From a virus: a stretch of DNA of 64,000 bases. Position 1 is the stretch's first letter. Every line of letters starts with the position of its first letter. Where the stretch lies: IMG/VR virus record IMGVR_UViG_3300023278_002686, positions 32,001 to 96,000 of that record; one strand, written 5' to 3'. The position numbers and the translations under genes are program-made. The notes beneath the pieces were generated by a model. It had not been told where the DNA came from. It was given only the letters and a program-made list of their open reading frames with translations, and searched no databases. Shown here one piece after another: positions 39,377-48,381 of the stretch.

Positions 39377-39930
39377 CTAGAAGAATGAGAAAAAAACCTG
39401 AGTTTATACAAGGTTTATTAGATATGCTGGATTATATTGATGAAAATTCTAAGTTCGATTTATCAAGAGCAGTTATGATAGAAATAGGTAGTTATTTAGG
39501 AGAATCTTCTGAAATATTTGCTGGAAAAGTAAGTACTTTATATTGTATAGATCCTTGGAAATCAGGATACGACCCTAGCGACTATGCTTCTTGGAAATAT
39601 GATCTTGAAGAAGTTTATGCTACATATAAGAAACGTATGAATAGATTTAATAACGTTACAACAATTAGAGAAACCTCTAAAGAAGCTAATACGAAAATGA
39701 AAGATCAATTTGATATAGTATATATTGATGGAAATCACCAACCGAAATATGTAAAAGAAGATTTAGAAATGTGGACTCCTTTGGTTAGCAATTTAGGTTG
39801 GATTTGTGGACATGACTACGGACATAAAGATTATCCAGAATTACAGGAAGTTGTAGATACTTTCTGTAAAGGAAAACCTGATATGGTTTTTAAAGATACG
39901 AGTTGGTGTATTAAAAAAGAACATATTTAA
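39361..39930 (+). CDS. class I methyltransferase (Methyltransf_24-like)
   Basis: AAGGAG before ATG 39361; IEIGSYLGES, IDPW, DIVYIDGNH, GWICGHDY; paralog of 31668. Confidence 0.85.
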   Translation: MSKELTRRMRKKPEFIQGLLDMLDYIDENSKFDLSRAVMIEIGSYLGESSEIFAGKVSTLYCIDPWKSGYDPSDYASWKYDLEEVYATYKKRMNRFNNVTTIRETSKEANTKMKDQFDIVYIDGNHQPKYVKEDLEMWTPLVSNLGWICGHDYGHKDYPELQEVVDTFCKGKPDMVFKDTSWCIKKEHI

Positions 39931-39941
39931 AGGAAAATAAA

Positions 39942-40652
39942 ATGGAAAACTCAACATTTAAACAGTGGATTGAAGGAGCAAAAGTAATTTTCGTAGGTCC
40001 TTCACCTATTTTAAAAGAAAGAAACTTAGGAAAGTTTATAGATAAATATGATATAGTTGTTCGCACAAATGGTGCTACTAGATTTCCATTAGAAGTTCAA
40101 AAAGATTATGGAAAAAGAACTGATGTATTATACGTAAATACCCAATTTACTCAAGATAATCATCCATTTAATATACGAGAAATGCAAAAAGCAAAATTAA
40201 AATGGTTATGTTTTAAAAATAATAAATATAATAGAATGGAATATTATCAACCTTATTTCCAAACAAGACATATTAATCATGTAATTCATCAATTACATAA
40301 ATTGCCTATCTCAGGATTGCTTTATGGGAATGCTGTAATAGCTGATATTTTAGCTCAAAATCCTAAAGAATTATTTCTTACAGGAATTGATTGTTATATA
40401 AATAAACCTATTGAATATGAAGATACTGGTTTCTCAGAGTATATAGAGGGATACTTTACAGATAAACATAAGAAATTATATAACAAAAGAAACAAAGGAA
40501 TAACAGATAATCATTGTAAATACGAAAATACAAGATATCTATGGGACCTATTACAAGCTGGTAAAATACAAACACATAATTATATAAAAGATATTATGTC
40601 TGAAATATTAAGTAATCCAAAAAAATATAAATTATCAGAATATAGGAGATAA
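39942..40652 (+). CDS. GT29-like sialyltransferase
   Basis: VIFVGPS..L..RNLGKFIDKYDIVVRTN...DYGKRT; LTGIDCY; paralog of 33195. Confidence 0.75.
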   Translation: MENSTFKQWIEGAKVIFVGPSPILKERNLGKFIDKYDIVVRTNGATRFPLEVQKDYGKRTDVLYVNTQFTQDNHPFNIREMQKAKLKWLCFKNNKYNRMEYYQPYFQTRHINHVIHQLHKLPISGLLYGNAVIADILAQNPKELFLTGIDCYINKPIEYEDTGFSEYIEGYFTDKHKKLYNKRNKGITDNHCKYENTRYLWDLLQAGKIQTHNYIKDIMSEILSNPKKYKLSEYRR

Positions 40653-40655
40653 AGT

Positions 40656-41390
40656 ATGAAAAAAGCTTTAGTATTTGCATTTAACGATAAATTTTTTCCA
40701 GGATTTAAAGTAACTTTAAAATCATTTCTTAAACATAATCCCGATTATGATGGTGATATTATTATTCTTGACTTTAATCTTTCTAATGAAATTAGAATGA
40801 AATGTTTGGAAATTTATCCTACTTTAACATTTAAATTAATTAACTATGATCTTTATAAAATGGATCAATCTAAAGTTGAATCTCAATTTACAGATACCGT
40901 TTATAAATTAGATATGTTTTCATTATATAAATATGATAGAATTGTTTTTTTAGATGTAGACACTTTAGTAATTAAGCCGATTTATGAATTATGGGAATTA
41001 GATTTTCCTATTGCAGCTTGCTTAGATTTTAAAGCAAAAGGTGGAAAATTATTTGAAAAAAGAATTAATTCAGGAGTATTAGCTTTTGGAGGAGAATGTT
41101 TAAAACCAGAAGTTTATAAAGAATTAATTAAATATACTGTTAATAATTTTGCAGCTAATTTACCTGATCAACAACCTATTAATGATTTTTTTGGATCTAA
41201 AATGTATATACTCCCTAATAAATATAATTATTTTAAGGCTATGTATGCTCATAAAAGATTTAAAGAGAAATTTGATGAAGCTAAAATTATTCATTTTTAT
41301 ATTAAAAAACCTTGGCAAAAAGAACATAAAGAAGAGTGGTGTTATCCTAAAATAAAACCATTATATGATTTATGGAATAGTTATATTTAA
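40656..41390 (+). CDS. GT8 family glycosyltransferase
   Basis: YKLDMF, FLDVDT, INSGVL, PDQ..IN, YN, IIHF..KPW. Confidence 0.88.
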   Translation: MKKALVFAFNDKFFPGFKVTLKSFLKHNPDYDGDIIILDFNLSNEIRMKCLEIYPTLTFKLINYDLYKMDQSKVESQFTDTVYKLDMFSLYKYDRIVFLDVDTLVIKPIYELWELDFPIAACLDFKAKGGKLFEKRINSGVLAFGGECLKPEVYKELIKYTVNNFAANLPDQQPINDFFGSKMYILPNKYNYFKAMYAHKRFKEKFDEAKIIHFYIKKPWQKEHKEEWCYPKIKPLYDLWNSYI

Positions 41391-41662
41391 AGAGTTATAT
41401 AATGTCCTTTAAACATTTGTTTTGCTTTATCAGTTAAAGGATAAACTCTCATTCTATTAAAAGGTTTTCCATCTATTATTTCATCCCAATAGAGCTCAAT
41501 CCATTCAGGTTGTTTTGTTTTAGGATTTTTTCTTATTACATAAGATTTATTCCAATCTCCTTTTAAAGGTCTATATTCTATTTTAACGTTTTTCTTTAAC
41601 CATATTTGAAATTTCTTTAAAAGATCTTGAATATTTATGTTTATTTCGAATAGTATTTTCAT
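41387..41662 (-). CDS. putative internal virion protein; only credible minus-strand gene
   Basis: Fills the gap between + genes; MKILFE leader; ACTATA-N5-ATG on minus strand (41673-41660). Confidence 0.75.
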   Translation of the reverse strand: MKILFEININIQDLLKKFQIWLKKNVKIEYRPLKGDWNKSYVIRKNPKTKQPEWIELYWDEIIDGKPFNRMRVYPLTDKAKQMFKGHYITL

Positions 41663-41710
41663 AATAATATAGTCGTTAAGTTTTTAGATTATTTTAAACT
41701 ATATTAATAT

Positions 41711-42301
41711 ATGACAGACTATGAACATATTTATACAACAATTTACAAAAAGGGATATCATGCTGGGTATAAAAACCTACAGATAAAAGAAAAATATCCT
41801 CAACTATTAACAGACGCTTATCATTTTAAATCTATTTTAGATATAGGGTGTAGTCAAGGAAGAGCGGTATTAGAATATCAAAAACTAGGTAAAAATGCAT
41901 ATGGAATTGATGTTTCTAAAGAAGCTATAAGACAATCTTTAGAACAAAACATTTTTCATTGCCTACATGCTTCGGTATTAGATATTCCTTTTAAGAATAA
42001 TTTTATAGATGCTGTAGTAACTTGTGATGTATTAGAACATTTAGCTGAAGAAGATCTTTCTAAAGCAATTAAAGAATTAGTAAGAATTACTAAAGAATGG
42101 TTTTTTATCAAAGTAGCATATAAAGTTGAAATGTCTGATAAATGGTTAAAAGTATTAAGAAAAGCAACTGGTCAATATAATGATCTTCCTAATCTACATT
42201 TGTCAGTATTCCCAAAAGAAAAATGGATTGAATTATTTAAAAAAGAAGGCGTGAAATTTAAAGAAGAATATCATGATATTTTGATATTCAAAAAAGGATA
42301 A
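41711..42301 (+). CDS. class I SAM-dependent methyltransferase
   Basis: ILDIGCSQG, GIDVS, DAVVTCDVLEH; late motif at 41698. Confidence 0.88.
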   Translation: MTDYEHIYTTIYKKGYHAGYKNLQIKEKYPQLLTDAYHFKSILDIGCSQGRAVLEYQKLGKNAYGIDVSKEAIRQSLEQNIFHCLHASVLDIPFKNNFIDAVVTCDVLEHLAEEDLSKAIKELVRITKEWFFIKVAYKVEMSDKWLKVLRKATGQYNDLPNLHLSVFPKEKWIELFKKEGVKFKEEYHDILIFKKG

Positions 42302-42304
42302 TAT

Positions 42305-43123
42305 ATGAATATCATCGGAGAAGTGGGAATTAATTGGAATGGATCTATAGATAAAGCAAAAAAATTAATAGATATTATTTCATTGGCCGGATGCGATTAT
42401 GTTAAGTTTCAAAAAAGAGATCCAGATAAATGTGTCCCTGATCATCAAAAAGAAAAAGAAAAAATAGTTCCGTGGAGAAAAGAACCTACTACTTATTTAC
42501 AGTATAAAAAGGATATAGAATTAAATGAAGAACAATATAAGGAATTGAAATTATATTGTCACGATAAAAAAATATCTATGTTTTCTTCTGCTTGGGACAT
42601 TGATTCGGCTAAATTTTTAAAAAACTTTGATTATATTGTTAAAATTCCATCAGCAAAGATTACAGATTTAGAATTATTAGATTATTGTAGAGATAGATTT
42701 GATCAAAAAATATTGTCAACTGGCATGAGTACAGAACAAGAAATAGAAGAAGCGGTTAAAATATTAAAACCAACAATAATTATGCATACTAATAGTATAT
42801 ATCCTACACCATCAAAAGATCTTAATTTAGGTTATATTGATTGGCTTCAACAAAAATATTCTCATACTGAAATAGGATATTCTTCTCATTTCTTTGGATT
42901 ATTAGATTCTTTTGTAGCTTTAGGAAAAGGATGTACTTGGTTAGAAAAACATGTATGTGAATCTCATAATGATTGGGGATCAGATCAAAGTTCTTCTATA
43001 GAACCTCATGGATTATTTAAATTGGTAAAATCAATAAGAGAATTAGAAGGTCCAAATGAAAAAGGAAATGAGAAAAGATGGCCTTATCCAGGTGAAGATA
43101 TAAAAAGAGATCAATTAAGATAA
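42305..43123 (+). CDS. neuB: N-acetylneuraminate / nonulosonic acid synthase (NeuB family, no SAF domain)
   Basis: IIGEVGINWNG, VKFQKR, SAWD, KIPSA, LSTGMS, MHTNSIYP, GYSSH, LEKH, GSDQSSS. Confidence 0.9.
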   Translation: MNIIGEVGINWNGSIDKAKKLIDIISLAGCDYVKFQKRDPDKCVPDHQKEKEKIVPWRKEPTTYLQYKKDIELNEEQYKELKLYCHDKKISMFSSAWDIDSAKFLKNFDYIVKIPSAKITDLELLDYCRDRFDQKILSTGMSTEQEIEEAVKILKPTIIMHTNSIYPTPSKDLNLGYIDWLQQKYSHTEIGYSSHFFGLLDSFVALGKGCTWLEKHVCESHNDWGSDQSSSIEPHGLFKLVKSIRELEGPNEKGNEKRWPYPGEDIKRDQLR

Positions 43124-43136
43124 GGACTATATAAAT

Positions 43137-43865
43137 ATGACTAATATAAATATTGATGATAGACATATTAATGAAATTTTATCAGAAGTAGGATATCCAG
43201 TATTAACTTTAGAAGATATTGAAATAAGTGTAGATCAACTTAAAGAAATAGTAATTATTCCAGTCTTAAGAGAATTTTATTCGTGGTTTCCTATTACTAC
43301 TTTTAATGAATATTCAGTTACATCTACTTTTGCAATAGATTTTCCTGAGACTAATATATTTGGAATATTAGACGCCCGAATTAATACTAATTCATTAGGT
43401 GGAGGAGCAGTCACTTCTAATCCATTTATTAATGAACAATTTGCATATAATAGAATAAGAAAACAACGATATGGAACTCGATATGATTATAATTTAGAAA
43501 TAGCTGACATAATGGTGAGAGCACAGCGAGAGTCAGAACTTAATTCTATTATAGGAAAACGAATTGATGTGTCTATAATGAATAGACAGGTGACTGGTTA
43601 TACGAATGTAGTAGGTAGATTACTTATAGAATGGGCTCATTGGGATGAAAATTTTGAAAACATTCAATATACTAAACAAGATGAAGTAATCAAACTTTGT
43701 AAAGCTAGATTATTAAGAGTAATGGCTATGATTAGAGGTCAACAAAATAGTGATACTCCAGTTCAATTTGACGCCGCTTTATTCTTAGATAGAGCAAAAG
43801 AACTTGAAGAAGAAGTAAAAGAAAAATGGAAAGACTACTCAAAAGTAGTTGTTCGAAGAATGTAA
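43137..43865 (+). CDS. neck/head-completion protein (T4 gp13-like)
   Basis: VGYPVL..EI..DQL N-terminus and C-terminal RAKELEEE; late motif ACTATA TAAAT ATG. Confidence 0.6.
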   Translation: MTNINIDDRHINEILSEVGYPVLTLEDIEISVDQLKEIVIIPVLREFYSWFPITTFNEYSVTSTFAIDFPETNIFGILDARINTNSLGGGAVTSNPFINEQFAYNRIRKQRYGTRYDYNLEIADIMVRAQRESELNSIIGKRIDVSIMNRQVTGYTNVVGRLLIEWAHWDENFENIQYTKQDEVIKLCKARLLRVMAMIRGQQNSDTPVQFDAALFLDRAKELEEEVKEKWKDYSKVVVRRM

Positions 43866-43873
43866 AAGTTTTT

Positions 43874-43901
43874 TTGACATTTTCTTTATTTCATATATTA
43901 T
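43874..43901 (+). promoter_or_regulatory. sigma70-like promoter of small RNA candidate
   Basis: TTGACA-N16-TATTAT directly before a terminator hairpin. Confidence 0.7.
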
Positions 43902-43907
43902 ATTAAT

Positions 43908-43968
43908 ATATTCAATGCGTTGGTATCGGTCTAGACCCTCCAAATCTTCCATACCAACGCTTTTTTTT
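43908..43968 (+). ncRNA. candidate ~60 nt antisense sRNA with anti-SD loop; also a terminator
   Basis: Stem GCGTTGGTAT/ATACCAACGC plus T8; apical loop CCCTCCAAA. Confidence 0.55.
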
Positions 43969-44045
43969 AATTTTTTTAAAAAGTTTTGATGTTTTAGCAA
44001 ACATTTTATATATATTATATATAAGTTAGTTTTGGAGGGCTAAAT

Positions 44046-44732
44046 ATGGCAAGTATAAAATATGATCAAAAGTTTAAAATGATCGAAGCATATTGTAATA
44101 TTATGTTAAATAATCAATTAAATTCTTTAATTATCTACGGTGATGTAGGTATAGGAAAAACCTTTACAGTAAGGAAATCTCTAAAAGATAAGGCAATTTA
44201 TTATTCAGGTGGAGTAAAAGGATCAGAAGAATTAGCAAGAATTCTCTATAATAATAGAGAAGGAAAAACATTAGTTCTAGATGATTTTGACTCTTGTATG
44301 AAAACTAAAGAAATGAAAAATATCTTAAAGACTGCTCTACAAGATGATCATACAAGAATAATTACTTATATGAACTACCGAGTAAATCATAAATTACCTA
44401 AAAAAGAACAAATTCCAGAACAATTTAAATTTACTTCAAGTATTATTTTTGTCTCAAATTCAAAACGAATTGATCCAGCTCTAAGATCTCGTTCTATGTT
44501 AATAGAAATAAGACTTTCTAAAAATGATATGCTACAAAGAATAAAAGATTGTTTTAAAACTTTTATGCCTAAAATTCCTATGCATTTTAAAGAAGAAGTT
44601 TGGAAGTTTATATGGGAAAATAGAGCTAAAATTAAAACAATTGATTTTAGACAATTTAAATTCTCAATCGCAACTCGACTAAAAGAAAATGAACATTGGA
44701 AAGATTGGGTATTATGTAATCTTAATTTTTAG
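44046..44732 (+). CDS. AAA+ ATPase
   Basis: GDVGIGKT, LVLDDFD, IFVSN, ALRSR arginine finger; RBS TTTGGAGGG. Confidence 0.85.
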   Translation: MASIKYDQKFKMIEAYCNIMLNNQLNSLIIYGDVGIGKTFTVRKSLKDKAIYYSGGVKGSEELARILYNNREGKTLVLDDFDSCMKTKEMKNILKTALQDDHTRIITYMNYRVNHKLPKKEQIPEQFKFTSSIIFVSNSKRIDPALRSRSMLIEIRLSKNDMLQRIKDCFKTFMPKIPMHFKEEVWKFIWENRAKIKTIDFRQFKFSIATRLKENEHWKDWVLCNLNF

Positions 44733-44743
44733 AGGAGTTTAAT

Positions 44744-45007
44744 ATGAAGTGTAAGTTATCCGTTTGTAATAATTGTTGTCATCATTTAAATGATTTAGAT
44801 TTTAAGTATCATCCTACAATTATATGCATAGTAGATTCAGATTTAAATTTTTGTTTAGGAAGATTTATAAATTTTCATAAAATAAATAAAGATCGTAATT
44901 GTATATATTTTAAATCATATACAGAATTAAAAACACAGAAAAAGCGTATAAAACAAATAATAAAATTAAGAAAAAGGAGATTAAAATGCAAAAATTGGAT
45001 AATATGA
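44744..45007 (+). CDS. hypothetical Cys-rich protein
   Basis: AGGAG RBS; CNNCCH, C, C. Confidence 0.55.
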   Translation: MKCKLSVCNNCCHHLNDLDFKYHPTIICIVDSDLNFCLGRFINFHKINKDRNCIYFKSYTELKTQKKRIKQIIKLRKRRLKCKNWII

Positions 45008-45618
45008 CTTGGATGTTCTTAGTATTATTAATTCTTGGTGTTACTTTATTTGGAATACAAAAAGAATACAAAATTAAATTAATTAAAGAAAAAAATCAAA
45101 AAGAGATAATTACAAAATATATATATCTTAATCGCATTGACTTAAATGATTTAATTAAAAATCTTGTATATTCTCAAAAAGAACGTGTTTTATCTTATTA
45201 TGATAAATATACTAAGAATAGAACAATAACCGAGCTTATAGTATATAATGCTATAGAAACAAAAATTCCCATAAATCTTTTCTTTGCTCAATGTTGGCAA
45301 GAAAGTAGATTTAAACCTAAAGTTAAAAGTAAATTAAATCGAAATAAATCAAGAGATTATGGGTTATTTCAACTTAATAGTTCAGTATATAAATATTATA
45401 AAATATCATTTTTAATGATTCCAGATAATAATGTAAGAATTGCTTCTAAACACTTACTTACAAATTATAACAGATATAAAACTTGGGAAGAAGCCATAGT
45501 ATCTTATAATTGTGGTAAGAATTATAATGTTCCAAAAAGTACTATGAAATATCTTACTTCTATTCTTAATAAAGAAAAAGAAATAAGTGAAGATTTTATT
45601 AAGGAATTAAATATATGA
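44986..45618 (+). CDS. lytic transglycosylase (SLT domain), membrane anchored
   Basis: N-terminal TM; QESRF, DYGLFQLN, SYNCG. Confidence 0.88.
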   Translation: MQKLDNMTWMFLVLLILGVTLFGIQKEYKIKLIKEKNQKEIITKYIYLNRIDLNDLIKNLVYSQKERVLSYYDKYTKNRTITELIVYNAIETKIPINLFFAQCWQESRFKPKVKSKLNRNKSRDYGLFQLNSSVYKYYKISFLMIPDNNVRIASKHLLTNYNRYKTWEEAIVSYNCGKNYNVPKSTMKYLTSILNKEKEISEDFIKELNI

Positions 45619-45728
45619 AACTTAGTAAAAAAATAAAAAGTATAATTTATTATATATGTTGTTTTTTATCTGGAATTATGTTATATAATATAATACATTA
45701 TTTCTTCAAATAAAACAACTATATACAT

Positions 45729-46346
45729 ATGCCTGTACCAATAACGAATGAATTTACATTAAGAAAATTAGTTCAAAATTCATATCAATATATGAGAAAT
45801 AGATTTGATAATTTAGAAAGAGATTCTGTAAGAATGATTCGAGTTATTAAAGTCCATGTATATGATGCAAAAGAACCTGGAAAAGCAAGAACTACTTATC
45901 GAATTTTATCTCAGTCTACTCCTCAATATTGGCCTTATTTCACTCAAAAAGATTCAAGAGGTCGATTAAGAAGAACTCAAAGAAAATATAAACATCAATA
46001 TGAAGTTGTAATCCAAGTAGATAAACTTTCTATAGATGTTCCTTTTAAAGGAAGAACTGGAGCCGATAGAAAATGGAGATTTGATGCAGCTGGAAGATCT
46101 AGAAAAAACTCAAGAGGACAAGTAATTGAAGGTACTAATATTAAATTAGGAATTAATGGAGATTTCTTTTTTAGATGTTCTTATCTTTGGAAATTAAGAG
46201 GAATTCTTTATGGCCGAAATTGGGCAGCTGGACCTCCTAAAAAAACAAATCCTAAGGAAATTATATTTGCAGACAAACATTTTTTATCTACAATAAAAGC
46301 TCTTATGGATAATAGAATTTTACAAGGAGAAATGAATTGGACATAA
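45729..46346 (+). CDS. late protein with degenerate SWIM-like motif
   Basis: DFFFR..Y...G...P..TNP...DKHF; ACTATA TACAT ATG. Confidence 0.55.
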   Translation: MPVPITNEFTLRKLVQNSYQYMRNRFDNLERDSVRMIRVIKVHVYDAKEPGKARTTYRILSQSTPQYWPYFTQKDSRGRLRRTQRKYKHQYEVVIQVDKLSIDVPFKGRTGADRKWRFDAAGRSRKNSRGQVIEGTNIKLGINGDFFFRCSYLWKLRGILYGRNWAAGPPKKTNPKEIIFADKHFLSTIKALMDNRILQGEMNWT

Positions 46347-46579
46347 ATAAAGAAGAAAGATTTGAATTTATAATAGATGAGTATAATACAATTATTTATG
46401 ATAAAGATATTAAGATTTGGTGGCTAGAAAAAGAATCAGATGATGATCACACCACTATGGAAATTATTTGTAGTGACACGATTGATTTTCCAGAAGAAGG
46501 ATTTATAAGTATAAATGAAGATTTCACCTTGACCTTAGAACTTTTTGAAAAATATAAAAGTATAATTAATAATCTTTAA
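46337..46579 (+). CDS. hypothetical acidic protein
   Basis: AAGGAG RBS, TTG start. Confidence 0.5.
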   Translation: MDINKEERFEFIIDEYNTIIYDKDIKIWWLEKESDDDHTTMEIICSDTIDFPEEGFISINEDFTLTLELFEKYKSIINNL

Positions 46580-46638
46580 TATTAAGTTGTTTTATTAAAT
46601 CTTTACTATAATATTATATACGTTAGGAGTAAGATATA

Positions 46639-46899
46639 ATGAAGATATTAAAAGAAGCTGGTGATACTATTTCTCCCATAGGAGTGTTTAATACAAAAAA
46701 TAGATTAGGAAAAAATTTAGGAAGCATTGAAGCTTTTGTAGGATCAAATCCTAAACAGAGTCAAGATTTTCTTGTAGGTTTAAAAATAAACTCAGGTAGT
46801 AAATATAATTATTTATCTTGGGATGATGCTATTAAGTTAGCAAATGATTTAAAAGCAGCTCTTAAAAGTAAAAAGAAATACCAACACATGGGGATTTAA
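46639..46899 (+). CDS. putative internal virion protein
   Basis: MKILKE leader; late motif at 46605. Confidence 0.6.
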   Translation: MKILKEAGDTISPIGVFNTKNRLGKNLGSIEAFVGSNPKQSQDFLVGLKINSGSKYNYLSWDDAIKLANDLKAALKSKKKYQHMGI

Positions 46900-46900
46900 C

Positions 46901-47182
46901 ATGAAATTAAAAGAAGAAATAAACATAAATAAGATAATTACAGATCTTCAAGGAGATTTTTCTGGATCTAATGAAGATCAAATGAGAGGAGTTCAACTTC
47001 TAAAAGGATTAGCTATTTCAGATGATTCTTTAGCTAATAATTTTATGAAACTTTTAGATAGAGCTATAACTCAAATTGCTCAAAAAATTCTAACTAAAGA
47101 TATTAAATTAGACACTTTTGCAATTATGAGAGAAGAAATTAATAAAGAAGTTAAAGAAGTAAAAAAAATATTAGGAGAATAG
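46901..47182 (+). CDS. putative internal virion protein
   Basis: MKLKEE leader. Confidence 0.55.
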   Translation: MKLKEEININKIITDLQGDFSGSNEDQMRGVQLLKGLAISDDSLANNFMKLLDRAITQIAQKILTKDIKLDTFAIMREEINKEVKEVKKILGE

Positions 47183-47183
47183 T

Positions 47184-47366
47184 ATGAGAATATTAAAAGA
47201 AGTTGAACCTACATCTAAAGAAATATATGCTCGATATTTATATTATATGGACGACTATACAGGAAAAAAAAATATGGAATCATGGGAAGCTATTGAAAGA
47301 ACAGCTGACTGGTTTAATAGAGATAAAGAATATATTAGAAAAGTAATACAAAAAAGAGGAAAATAG
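47184..47366 (+). CDS. putative internal virion protein
   Basis: MRILKE leader. Confidence 0.6.
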   Translation: MRILKEVEPTSKEIYARYLYYMDDYTGKKNMESWEAIERTADWFNRDKEYIRKVIQKRGK

Positions 47367-47377
47367 GAGAATAATAA

Positions 47378-47743
47378 ATGGCAGCAGTAGCACCTAAATT
47401 ATTAGTAAAATTAACTGGTGAACAGAATGTTACTAAAATAAATAAAGAAATTACATGGACTCTCACATCTAAATTAGAACAAAATTTAGTTCTTAATAAT
47501 GCTGATACTGCTGTAAGAATTACTCTAGCAGATATAGGAACTGATGTAAGATTAGTAGTATTTGAATCTACAGCAGCTTTTACAGTTACAGTTTCTAAAG
47601 ATTCTGAAATTATGGATTTCGAAGTTCAAGATCTATTTATATTTACTCCTTCTGATAGTTTTACAGATGGATTTTCTTATTTTGAAATAACTACAGATAG
47701 TTCTTCAGATCAGACTATCAATGTTAATATATTTGGAGAATAA
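47378..47743 (+). CDS. putative beta-rich structural protein
   Basis: Thr/Val/Ser-rich beta-strand pattern like the tail genes. Confidence 0.5.
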   Translation: MAAVAPKLLVKLTGEQNVTKINKEITWTLTSKLEQNLVLNNADTAVRITLADIGTDVRLVVFESTAAFTVTVSKDSEIMDFEVQDLFIFTPSDSFTDGFSYFEITTDSSSDQTINVNIFGE

Positions 47744-47825
47744 TGTGACTTTTTTAAAAAAAGAGTGTACTTTCTTCAAAAAATATAGTATAATTAATAA
47801 TATAAGTACCTTGGAGGGTAAATAA

Positions 47826-48134
47826 ATGAAAATTTTAAATTTTAATGAAGATAAACAAGCTATTGATGAATTACGAAATTTTATAGAAAAAAACGGATTA
47901 CGAAAACCTTCAGATTGGGATGATCTTAAAGTACAAAATATAAATTCATTATCATCTAATGCGAAAAAATATTTAAAAAGTTTACCTTTTGAGATTGCTA
48001 CTGAAAATCGTCCTTTTAATGTTAAAATTAAAACTGAGAATATGATTCATAAGCTTAAATATAACTATAAACAAGTTTATTTAATAAATACGGAAGGATA
48101 TAATTATCCTAGATATATGGTGAGGATAAAATAA
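47826..48134 (+). CDS. putative internal virion protein
   Basis: MKILNFNE leader; TGTACT-N17-TATAAT promoter at 47766. Confidence 0.6.
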   Translation: MKILNFNEDKQAIDELRNFIEKNGLRKPSDWDDLKVQNINSLSSNAKKYLKSLPFEIATENRPFNVKIKTENMIHKLKYNYKQVYLINTEGYNYPRYMVRIK

Positions 48135-48367
48135 TGAGAATATTAAAAGAAATTAATAAAATCAATTGGAAAAATCTAATTAATCATTTTTTTAAAACGA
48201 GAGCTATAGCTGGTGGACATAACAGAGATGCTCGCATTGATGATGTAAAGAATGGAAGGATATTTATATCAATGAAAAAATTAAATGCTAAACCAACTGA
48301 TTCTTATGTTGATCAAATAAATTTTCCTATTGAAAAAGCTGAATTATATTTAATTCTTGAAAATTAA
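48134..48367 (+). CDS. putative internal virion protein
   Basis: MRILKE leader. Confidence 0.6.
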   Translation: MRILKEINKINWKNLINHFFKTRAIAGGHNRDARIDDVKNGRIFISMKKLNAKPTDSYVDQINFPIEKAELYLILEN

Positions 48368-48381
48368 ATGAGGAAATTAGA

